Below, piece after piece: positions 55,839-64,000 of a DNA stretch of 64,000 bases. Both the position numbers and the translations under genes were made by a program. The stretch comes from Candidatus Latescibacterota bacterium. Its GTDB lineage: Bacteria > Latescibacterota > UBA2968 > UBA8231. Numbering within the stretch: the first letter of the stretch is position 1; each line of letters begins with the position of its first letter. Where the stretch lies: contig OZ242214.1 of assembly GCA_965206595.1 (NCBI GenBank), forward strand, positions 1,280,001 through 1,344,000, read 5' to 3'. Below the pieces are notes generated by a model. It saw only the letters and a program-made list of their open reading frames with translations, was not told the DNA's origin and did no database searches.

Positions 55839-58800
55839 CTAACCGTTGGACGTCCTCAACACATCGCGCATGAGCTCCCTGGCCGGCCGGATGCGATTAG
55901 TGAGAATGTCCAGCGCGAAACGTGGTGGCCCCGAGCGCCGACACTCCGCGGCCAGCAACTCCTCTGCCAGGTCCTGGGTTTGCCCTTTCGATGTCGACGC
56001 CAAAAGCCGGACGGTTGACGCGCGAACACTTGGCTCATCATTGTCCATGGCGAACTGTCGAAGAGTTTCCACAACCTCGGGATCTCGTTTCAATCGCGCT
56101 TGGAATGCGTCCAACGCATCCTCGGGGAAATCCCATGGACTTGACGCCGGCCTCGTGACGAACCGGGCAAGGGCTGTAGCTACTTGTTCGCGTGTTCCTT
56201 GTGCACTCAGCAGCCAGAGTTGGGCGCCGACATGGAATCCGCGCCACCTCTGTCTCTCCACAAGATTTCCGTATTCGCGTACCACTATCTCGTGATCCGG
56301 CCAGTGGGATGCCAATCCGACCAGTGCGCCTCCCCGCGACCGCAGATTGTCGCTGGACGCAATAATCGCTGCGACAGCGGAAGAATCTTCGGAGAACTGC
56401 GCCGCCAGACATTTCGACGCTACGACCACGGTTCGGGCATCAGATAAGTGAGTAGGGTTCTGTTCGTCGAACTCCCCTGTCAAGACCCGTTTGCAGCAAT
56501 CCAGTAGCAGCGAGCTGCCGGGTCTGAGGCGTGACAGAGCCGCCAGCCCGGAAGCCTCCAGCACCACAGACTCGTCCCCGCAGTATGCGAGGAATCTCGT
56601 CCTCAAGAGGGATGAGCGGCTTAGGTAGGGTACAAACGCCCTCCAGAAGCCGGCAGGATCGTCGTTCCATCGGCTAAGGCGACTAACTGGAAAGCCCCCC
56701 GTCGCCCTTTCCAGTTCCTCCCATCGCTCTGCCGCCAGTTCAAGAACTGGTGCATAGTCCCTGAACTGATGCACGAGGTCAATTCGGAGGGCCTCGTCGC
56801 CGCGTTCTTCCTTCGCATCTGCGAAGACGTCGAAGCGCCCGAGGGCCAGCAGGCCGCCGAAAGCCGCCGCGCGCAGTTCGTCGTAGTGGGGCCCGATCGC
56901 GTGGAGTTGGTCGCGCAGGACTTCCGTTCTACCCTGAGCCTCGCCGGGTGTTGTGAGCGCAGCATAGGAAAGTCCGATCGTCGCTTGGATCATTGCATGT
57001 TCGTCCGTCTCCAGTTCGCACTGTTGCAGCGCCTCCCGCAACGCATTGTCATCGAAGCGTTGGCTTGCCCTCCTCGCAATGTATCGGCGAAACACCGTCG
57101 GAAGCGGCGCCGCACGCTGCAGTATCAACGGTGCGATCTCCGGGTCGCTGCCGTAGACGCCTGCCATTGCCACCAGAGGGGACGATGGCTCCCGTAGACG
57201 CTCCAATGCGAACTCCCTTACCCTCGGATCGGAGTGAAACCGGGCGATCAGTCCGCCTTCGCCCCTGAACCTGACCGGAGACTTCCTGATATGAGGAAGG
57301 ATTGCGGACACAGCCTCCCCGTCGTCGATCTCGTTTCCGAGGGTGGCAAACCCTTCTATCACGAAGTCCGTGCGCGAGACCTCCGGAAGGTCACAGATCT
57401 CCTTCAGCAGTCGAAAGCTCTCGTCGACCGAACGGACAATCGCCGGTAAGTGATGGGCAATGTGCTGCCGTTCTTCGGGTGGGATCCGCGGGAGCGGTTC
57501 CAGGACAGCAGTAACCTCGGGATCGTCGATCCCCCAGCCATGTAGCAGGCTCCAGACCGGCCAGAATCGCAATTCGCCCGTTTCGGCCGCCCACCTCAGC
57601 ATTGCCCGCTTGGACGCGTCGCTCCTGAGAATCGCGGCCACCTGCGCCACTTCGTGGGGGAGACTCGAGGATTCCTTCTCCTCGAACCAAGTCTCGACGG
57701 CCCTACGCACGTTCGCATGTTCGGACAGGATCGGCTCCAGAAGTTCGTCCTCCGGTCGCGTTCCCCTGAACGGGAAGTAGTCGCCCCTTTCTATTTCCTC
57801 CTGTACCCAGCGGGGCACGCGGGGATCTTCCCGATGGAGCCTCATGAGCATCGATCGGGCGTTTTCGTTGCTGATGTCGTACTTCGGTGGGCCGCGCCAG
57901 CCCACGACCGCCCAACAAGCGTCGTGCAATTCGCCATCGTCCGCCCAGTCCGCGACCAGCGCGTCCATAATCTCCGCGGTGAGGCTGCCCTTGAACCTAT
58001 TCCAACCCGTGCCCAAGGTGCGCAGCAGCGAATCCCTCCCCTCATCACCTCGGCGACCGCGGCGGTACAACGCCAGGGTGGCTACCGTTCGAATTTGAAT
58101 GCTCGGCGAACGCTCAGCCTCGTGCAGCCAGTCGTCCAGACCATCGACGGACGGCCAGCCCCGGCTCAGTGCATCAAGCACCGCCGCCGTCACCCAAGGG
58201 TTCACGGACTCGTGACTGAGTGCGATCAGGCGGCACTCAACCTCGGGGCTCCTACCAAAAGCCCTCGCGAGACTCGCTGCGGCCGCCAGCTGGTTGCTGT
58301 CCCCTTGGAGCACGAGCTGCAGCGTCTGGGCAAGTTCCTTCGTCGGCGGCCACCGACCGAGCTGTGCGTGAAGGTCCGCTTGCCACTCGGTGACCCCGGG
58401 CCACCATCTCGCAAGCCGTGTGACTATCGCCTCGCCGATGGGGCCGGCGCGCGGACCATCCAACGCCAAGCCCAGCAACTCGAGCCCTTCGGTGTCATCC
58501 GTCCCCGCTTCAATCCGACTCAGGCTGTCAAGAGCCGCCTGCCGACCGACCGCCCCCGAGACAGACGCCGTTGCGAACGCGCCGTCCGCGAGCAGCCGCC
58601 GCCGATCCGTCGAGTCCGGTTCCCCCTCTCGTTCGTCCAGTATCGCATCGAGTATCCGCTCCACGTCGGCCCTGCGCTTTAGGGATTGGAGCAGCGCAAG
58701 AATGGCGCCGCGCCAGCGCGGCTCGCCCGCATGGCTGGACACGAACTCAACTTGGTCTTCCAGCGTTCGGGTGGCGAGTTCCAAACCTGCGAGGTGTTCA

Positions 58801-60776
58801 CGAAACGCAGCATGGCAGAACGCGAGTTCCTCCGGACCACACTCGACTAGCAAGCCCGAGGTGTCCGCATCGACGTCCGTCAGTTCCCCCGCCCCGAGTC
58901 GGGCCTGCTCCCTAGACCACGCGGGTCCGCCGTCCGAATCAGCCAAGAAATCCTCGATGATCCGCCGGGCATCGCCGCGATCAATCCCGGCGTCCGCGCC
59001 CCGTACCTGAACCTCGAAAGCCAGCTTCGCTAGAGCTTCGCTGCGAACGTCGTCGGTCGAGAACATGCGGGTTCGTGGTTTCACCTCGGCGGCGGCCGTC
59101 GCACGCCGATTGGGATGCACCTCCAAGAGGATTTCGATGAGTTTCTGAAACAACTGGAATCGTGTGTTCGGTAGGATGATCTGGCGCGCCGCCACCGAGA
59201 GCATCCCGTGGAGCAGCAACGGATTGCCTGCGAGAGACTGCAGGCGACCGTTATGCTCCAGTTGCTGGAAGAACTGCTCGACCCGAAGCGCGACGGGAGT
59301 TGCCACGCTATCGTCCTCGCTCAGGAGCTTGGTCGCGAGGTCGCGCTGTTGGCGCGGGTGCAACTCCACCAGTCGCGCAGTGTTCCAGTGACCGCTCATG
59401 GGGCCCAGGCGGCGCAGCCCGGCCGGGCGCGCGGTCGCTATGGTGAACACGTCGTGGGTGCGAGCGAAGGTTTCGATCGTGGCGAGCGTCGTCCGCGCGG
59501 CCTGTGCGTCGCTGTACTCGTCCAGACCGTCTATCAGCAGCACCAGTCTCTCGTCGAATAGCGCTTCGATAAAGGAGTTCTCCAGTTCGCTTTGGGGTAC
59601 AAACGCCCTGAACGTCTCTCGGATTACCTCCGCCAACCCCACCTCGCGTTGTTCCTTTGCCGCGAGGCGGCTCCAGAGTGCAAAAGGGATGAGCAAAGGT
59701 ATGCGCGCCCCGAGCCGGTCATGGACCCCAGGGAACAGTTCTGGAGTGCGCACCAAGTCGAGAGCCAGGCACCGCAGAACCGTGCTCTTGCCCGAACCGG
59801 GCGCGCCCGAGAGCAGCAGCGCTCGCTCGCCCTGCAACAGCCAGTCGTCGAACGCAACGGAAGGGGCCACGGACGGTTCGCTCGGCGGTCTGCGGGAACC
59901 GGCGGGTTTCCCGGGGTCGCCGTACTTGTCGAACTTCCAGGCATCATCATCCTGTCCGGGCGCTTCGGTGGGCAAGTCCTCCGGCTCCAGCGACGGTTCG
60001 AGAAACGGATTGGCCGGATCGACATTGGGGACGACGAAGCGCTTGCGGATGTCGCGCGCATCCCGCCGCGCCGGGTCAACATTCAACCCCGGGTCGAGTT
60101 GCTGGCTCCGCGCGTCGTAGGTCTCCGCCAGACGTCTCCGCAGTGCAATCACGCGTTGCACCTCCAACGGACGTTTCAGGCTCGCCGTGACCTCCTCGCC
60201 AGCAAAGGCAACGAGCCAGCTCCGACCGAAAAAGTCGTCGACGATCTCCGGATGGGTCCTTAGCTTCTCGCTGAGTTGGGTACCGTCGACACCTTCAAAC
60301 ACGATGCCTTGTTCAAGAAGCCGTGCGGCCTGTGCCTCGATCGTGTCCTGCAGCGCGGTGTCCGCGAGGCTTGCACGGACGCAAAAGACGAAGCGCTCCG
60401 CCGACGCAGCCCAACTTCCCATGAGGAAGTCGTCGACAGCGCTCTCGATGTCGGGCGTGCCCACGTCCTTCCGATTTCGGGCTTGCCAACAGATGTGTCC
60501 ACCGCCAGTTAGACGCGCATAGACGTCGATACCCTCCTGAGCTTGACCGGGTCGCCCGTACCGCGCGCAATACACCACGTCGGAATTCTGGCGCGCCAAG
60601 CGGAACACAAGCCGTTCGAAGTCTTGCCAGGAGAGCTGGTCATAAGGCAATTCCGGAATCCGGGTTTCTGCCGGGGGGGCCTTGACGACCGAATCCGGAA
60701 GCTCCAGGAGACAAGCGGGGGCCGTCTGGGCCCCTGAAGGCACGATCGCGTCCTGCAAAGCTCGACTACCTCCCAA
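55839..60776 (-). CDS. NLR-like STAND protein: N-terminal Mrr/REase-like domain + NACHT NTPase + long helical-repeat C-terminus
   Basis: LSWQDFERL...YGRPGQAQEGIDV...WQAR; GAPGSGKS; LLIDGLDE; TARP; GNPLLL; FCHAAFREHLA. Start uncertain. Confidence 0.88.
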   Translation of the reverse strand: MGGSRALQDAIVPSGAQTAPACLLELPDSVVKAPPAETRIPELPYDQLSWQDFERLVFRLARQNSDVVYCARYGRPGQAQEGIDVYARLTGGGHICWQARNRKDVGTPDIESAVDDFLMGSWAASAERFVFCVRASLADTALQDTIEAQAARLLEQGIVFEGVDGTQLSEKLRTHPEIVDDFFGRSWLVAFAGEEVTASLKRPLEVQRVIALRRRLAETYDARSQQLDPGLNVDPARRDARDIRKRFVVPNVDPANPFLEPSLEPEDLPTEAPGQDDDAWKFDKYGDPGKPAGSRRPPSEPSVAPSVAFDDWLLQGERALLLSGAPGSGKSTVLRCLALDLVRTPELFPGVHDRLGARIPLLIPFALWSRLAAKEQREVGLAEVIRETFRAFVPQSELENSFIEALFDERLVLLIDGLDEYSDAQAARTTLATIETFARTHDVFTIATARPAGLRRLGPMSGHWNTARLVELHPRQQRDLATKLLSEDDSVATPVALRVEQFFQQLEHNGRLQSLAGNPLLLHGMLSVAARQIILPNTRFQLFQKLIEILLEVHPNRRATAAAEVKPRTRMFSTDDVRSEALAKLAFEVQVRGADAGIDRGDARRIIEDFLADSDGGPAWSREQARLGAGELTDVDADTSGLLVECGPEELAFCHAAFREHLAGLELATRTLEDQVEFVSSHAGEPRWRGAILALLQSLKRRADVERILDAILDEREGEPDSTDRRRLLADGAFATASVSGAVGRQAALDSLSRIEAGTDDTEGLELLGLALDGPRAGPIGEAIVTRLARWWPGVTEWQADLHAQLGRWPPTKELAQTLQLVLQGDSNQLAAAASLARAFGRSPEVECRLIALSHESVNPWVTAAVLDALSRGWPSVDGLDDWLHEAERSPSIQIRTVATLALYRRGRRGDEGRDSLLRTLGTGWNRFKGSLTAEIMDALVADWADDGELHDACWAVVGWRGPPKYDISNENARSMLMRLHREDPRVPRWVQEEIERGDYFPFRGTRPEDELLEPILSEHANVRRAVETWFEEKESSSLPHEVAQVAAILRSDASKRAMLRWAAETGELRFWPVWSLLHGWGIDDPEVTAVLEPLPRIPPEERQHIAHHLPAIVRSVDESFRLLKEICDLPEVSRTDFVIEGFATLGNEIDDGEAVSAILPHIRKSPVRFRGEGGLIARFHSDPRVREFALERLREPSSPLVAMAGVYGSDPEIAPLILQRAAPLPTVFRRYIARRASQRFDDNALREALQQCELETDEHAMIQATIGLSYAALTTPGEAQGRTEVLRDQLHAIGPHYDELRAAAFGGLLALGRFDVFADAKEERGDEALRIDLVHQFRDYAPVLELAAERWEELERATGGFPVSRLSRWNDDPAGFWRAFVPYLSRSSLLRTRFLAYCGDESVVLEASGLAALSRLRPGSSLLLDCCKRVLTGEFDEQNPTHLSDARTVVVASKCLAAQFSEDSSAVAAIIASSDNLRSRGGALVGLASHWPDHEIVVREYGNLVERQRWRGFHVGAQLWLLSAQGTREQVATALARFVTRPASSPWDFPEDALDAFQARLKRDPEVVETLRQFAMDNDEPSVRASTVRLLASTSKGQTQDLAEELLAAECRRSGPPRFALDILTNRIRPARELMRDVLRTSNG

Positions 60777-61050
60777 TCACGGCTCGGACGTAACCTCCGC
60801 ACCGGGCGCTGCACGTACTCGATCGCCGCGCAGGTCGCAATCCCTCCCGAAGACACTTCACCGCAGCACCGCGCCCTGCGCTGGCAGGATGATTGAAGTG
60901 CTTTAGTTCCCGCCGTTGGCGGGCTTCGATGGATCCTCTGCGCCGCTTCGATTTCGCCGCCCGTAGGCGGACACCAAAAGCGGGTCCACCTCCGATCACG
61001 CACTCTTGCCGATGACCGATGAAATTGACAGGCGGTCGACGCCGAAGGGT

Positions 61051-61078
61051 TACCGCGCACACATACCGCGCACACATA
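61051..61078. repeat. 13-bp tandem repeat (taccgcgcacaca) x2, bracketed by GTTACC/GGTAAC
   Basis: Directly visible in the sequence. Confidence 0.8.
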
Positions 61079-61102
61079 TGGTAACAAGTGGGCGCCCCAG
61101 AG

Positions 61103-61152
61103 TAGGCCAAGAGCAATCACCCGTTCATAGGCCAAGAGCAATCACCCGTTCA
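61103..61152. repeat. Perfect 25-bp tandem repeat (taggccaagagcaatcacccgttca) x2
   Basis: Directly visible in the sequence. Confidence 0.92.
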
Positions 61153-61319
61153 AATGTAGAGCCCTAAGCGCACGACAGCACCTTAGAGCGCTGTCTCCGT
61201 AAATTCGGCGCACAATACGACCCGCACATGGACGACCTTGGTCGAGGCCCCGAATCGCCACCGTGGCAAGTCTGAGGCATCTGCGGAGGCGACCAGCGAG
61301 TCGAGCGCTCCGTCCTGCG

Positions 61320-61505
61320 CCCATCGCCTGGGCTGGGCGCTGCTTGCCCGCGTGTTTCTGCCGACCCCAGCGAATGCGCAGCCTGTGGCGGGCGCCTGAA
61401 ACCATCGCCGCTCTGACCGATCCCGCCTCGATCCGGACCTACCTGCAGGGAGTAGGGCTGCCGGCGTGGGCCCCGCCTCAGCCGCTGTTGGATTTCGCCG
61501 TCTGA
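61320..61505 (+). mobile_element. Degenerate C-terminal remnant of an IS91/ISCR-like (Y2) transposase
   Basis: Across frameshifts it reads WALLARVF.ADPSECAACGGRLK.IAALTDPASIRTYLQGVGLP. Confidence 0.65.
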
Positions 61506-61647
61506 CCTCCTTCGCGATGGGCTCCCGGCACCGGTGAGCCGTACGGAGGAGTGCGCCCTCAAGTACCAGATCGACCCCTGAAACGGGCCGAAATCAAATT
61601 TACTCTGAGCCTTCTCAAACGATTCTGGAGGACGATAAGCGATTCAC

Positions 61648-61664
61648 CAGGGACCCTGATGGAC
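61648..61664 (+). repeat. Right copy of direct repeat cagggaccctgatggac
   Basis: See 55766-55783. Confidence 0.7.
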
Positions 61665-61666
61665 CC

Positions 61667-61810
61667 TTGCGCACGTTCTCAGCGAACGGCATAGTACCGA
61701 TATGTGCCCTGATCACGTGCCCCAGATCTCGGGCCCGGCGCCCCGAGACGTGGCGTTTAGCTACGCCTTCGGATACATCCAGGCGATCATAACAAGCCGT
61801 GAATCACCTG
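61667..61810 (+). pseudogene. C-terminal remnant of a mannonate dehydratase (UxuA)-like gene
   Basis: CPDHVP...VAFSYAFGYIQAII matches the UxuA PDH / GY C-terminal motif. The 5' part is absent. Confidence 0.55.
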
Positions 61811-61905
61811 CCCTGAGCACTGGCCATGGGCGTGGCATTGCCGGGTCGCCGGTCTTCAGCAACGCGTCGCCGCGTCTGCGTTAGTGTGGTTCGGAGGAGA
61901 GCGGT

Positions 61906-63435
61906 ATGACCGTGCCCGCATTCATTGCCTATTCGAAAGAGAGCGCCTACAAGCGGATCGATCACAAGAAGCAACTGTTTCTCGACAACGACGTCATCGG
62001 GGTAGTCAAGAACGTCAAGCGCAGCGTCCACGAGCCGGCCAAATTCGAGGGCAATCCCGTGATAGAGCAGGACCGGCCGTGGGAGAAGTTCGCCTACTTC
62101 CGAACCTCCAGCTACACGGTGCTCTACGACGAGCGAGACGGGTTGTTCAAATGCTGGTACGAAGATCTGCCCACAGGCCACTCCAACTTCGCGCGGTTTC
62201 TATATGCGGTCTCCCAAGACGGAGTCAACTGGACAAAACCTGAGATCGGGATCGTTGAGGATGGCCGCAAGACAAACATCATCTGGCGAGTCCCGGAGGG
62301 GGGCATTCATTCAGCCTCGATTCTGATAGACCCCAACGAGTCCGACCCCGCTCGCCGCTTCAAGTCCGTCTTTTGCTACGAGAGGCCCAACCTGAATGTG
62401 CCCAAGCGCACGACGATGGCGACGACCTTCAGCGATGGTCTGTCGCTGGCTTTCTCGGCCGACGGAACCAACTGGACTCCCTACGAGGACAACCCCGTCA
62501 TCACTGAATACGGCAGCGACGTGGAAATCCTCACCTGGGACCCCATCGATGAGCAGTACGTAATGAACTGCCGCGCCATACACGTCGCCGATAGTCCCAA
62601 TCCCGCCACTGACAGTTGGTTCCTGCCCTACGCCCCCGACCAGCCCCACGGCGTCTACAGTCCCAGGCGCAAGGTGTCGCGGGTGGTCAGCGACGACTGC
62701 ATTCACTGGTCGGCCCCGGTGATAATCTCCGAGCCCGGTCCGGACGACGATATCCAGGAGAGCCATTATGGCCTGACGCCCTGGCGGGTGGACGATTACC
62801 ACCTGGGGTTCCTGATGGTCTTCCACCAAGTGGACAACACCCTGCATTTCGAGTTGGTCCACAGCCTCGACGGCTTGAACTGGAAGCGCCTGACACCCGG
62901 ACGCTCGGTGATTCCCCGCGGCGAGCCCGGCACCTACGACTCGCTGATGATCGAGTGTCCCAGCCCCTTCGTGACAGTTGGAGACGAGCATTGGATCTAC
63001 TATGGCGGCTCCTCCATGCACCACGACTACTACGGTCATCCGCAGGTGCGCGGCGTTCCCGAGACGAGCCGACATCCCAAGGCCAGGACGCACCTGGGGC
63101 TGGCCAAGATCCGAGTGGACGGGTGGGTTGCACTTGAGGCCGGGTTGCGGGAGGGCTACGTCGAGACCAAACCCATCTACTCAGAGGGCTCGAAGCTCAT
63201 CATCAACGCCAGGTGCAACACCGACGGCTACGTCGCCGTCGAGGTGATGGATAACTGGAACAACGTCTGGCCCGGGTTCACCCGCGGGGAATGTGATGTC
63301 TTCAACGGGGACAGCGTAGACCACGTGGTGTCCTGGGAGGGCCGGTCAGAGGTGAACGAGGTCCCGTGGTGCGTTAAGTTGCGCTTCTGGATGAGGAATG
63401 CGGAACTCTACTCGTTCCGCATCGCCGACGAATAG
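61906..63435 (+). CDS. Five-bladed beta-propeller glycoside hydrolase-like protein (GH32/43/130-like)
   Basis: KQLFLD, NPVI..DRPWE, repeated S.DG.nW boxes, RVDGW, LIINA, ELYSF. Confidence 0.75.
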   Translation: MTVPAFIAYSKESAYKRIDHKKQLFLDNDVIGVVKNVKRSVHEPAKFEGNPVIEQDRPWEKFAYFRTSSYTVLYDERDGLFKCWYEDLPTGHSNFARFLYAVSQDGVNWTKPEIGIVEDGRKTNIIWRVPEGGIHSASILIDPNESDPARRFKSVFCYERPNLNVPKRTTMATTFSDGLSLAFSADGTNWTPYEDNPVITEYGSDVEILTWDPIDEQYVMNCRAIHVADSPNPATDSWFLPYAPDQPHGVYSPRRKVSRVVSDDCIHWSAPVIISEPGPDDDIQESHYGLTPWRVDDYHLGFLMVFHQVDNTLHFELVHSLDGLNWKRLTPGRSVIPRGEPGTYDSLMIECPSPFVTVGDEHWIYYGGSSMHHDYYGHPQVRGVPETSRHPKARTHLGLAKIRVDGWVALEAGLREGYVETKPIYSEGSKLIINARCNTDGYVAVEVMDNWNNVWPGFTRGECDVFNGDSVDHVVSWEGRSEVNEVPWCVKLRFWMRNAELYSFRIADE

Positions 63436-63487
63436 TTTAAGCAACCCAGCCAGACATTGTGCGAATCTCCTTGTTCTATTCGTGACT

Positions 63488-64000
63488 TCAGATCCGTGTC
63501 CGCCCTTGATAGATGAGAGGATGAACAATCCCGACCTCCTCTATCCCAGCGTTGAGGTCGTCCGGGAGTACCCCACGAAGCGCAGCAGACATATTGAATT
63601 CGACTTCTTGGAGATTACTGAAACCAACAACGATGGACTGTTGCTTTTGCTCTGAAAGCATCCAGCGGATACAGAGTTCCGCCATGGGAATATCAGCGTC
63701 CGCATGAAGGTCAAGGAACCTGAAATAGGACGCCTTGAATATCTCGTCCATCCAATCGGGAGGACTCTCCCGCCATGCGTTTTGGGGAACGGCAAGCCAA
63801 CCTTTCATCAATGGTGCACCGATCACAACGCCTGCCTGTAGGTCTTGAGCAGTCGGGAACAGGAATTCAACAGCATTCCTGAAAACCGGGTTGAACTGAT
63901 GCGCTGTCATGACAGAATCAACCTTGATCACTTTCAGGATTCGCGCCAACACGCGTGCATTCTTAGCCGTCAATCCGATAAAACGGGCCTTGCCGCTACG
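63488..64000 (-). CDS. Aldo/keto reductase (5' end outside the window)
   Basis: GKARFIGLT, GAPLMKGWL, AELCIRW, IVVG..N..EV..N. Confidence 0.8.
   Translation of the reverse strand, partial: RSGKARFIGLTAKNARVLARILKVIKVDSVMTAHQFNPVFRNAVEFLFPTAQDLQAGVVIGAPLMKGWLAVPQNAWRESPPDWMDEIFKASYFRFLDLHADADIPMAELCIRWMLSEQKQQSIVVGFSNLQEVEFNMSAALRGVLPDDLNAGIEEVGIVHPLIYQGRTRI

Noticed and set aside
61049-61085. Integron attC site
   Set aside because: The GTT/AAC order is opposite to the attC core arrangement, the span is too short, and there is no integrase.

Overview
GC-rich bacterial chromosomal window. The mix of several PhyH dioxygenases, DUF6785/DUF6784-type membrane proteins and an M28-FtsX fusion suggests a Latescibacterota/Poribacteria/Gemmatimonadota-like lineage; this is inference. 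Most genes are metabolic or housekeeping: NhaC and SSS transporters, cvpA, a rarA fusion, aroA, dsbD, a short MetE-like gene, a short purA, pgi, tRNA-Thr(TGT), ybbAP/tesA, and an OSBS/NSAR gene beside an M20 gene. There are three accessory patches: (i) 34.5-38.1 kb, an AAA-ATPase with an operator palindrome, a lower-GC PD-(D/E)XK nuclease and mazEF; (ii) 50.3-51.4 kb, DUF2442/DUF4160 plus gene debris; (iii) 55.8-61.7 kb, a ~1640-aa REase-NACHT-repeat (NLR-like) gene and an IS91-like remnant between near-identical 17/18-bp direct repeats. The strongest candidate for an undescribed system is a ~2134-aa protein at 24840-31244. It joins a PA/M28 ectodomain that has lost its zinc ligands and resembles nicastrin/nicalin to a MacB/FtsX permease and a DUF6785/DUF6784 multipass domain. 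It sits with PHP, GT-C-like and Gfo/Idh/MocA genes, and a stand-alone paralog of its last domain lies at 43-45 kb. Also notable: a divergent archaeal-type short PurA beside a LysR, an SSS gene broken by TAG at a conserved Gln, and a Thr-rich uORF. All family calls come from motif recognition by eye; no searches were run.
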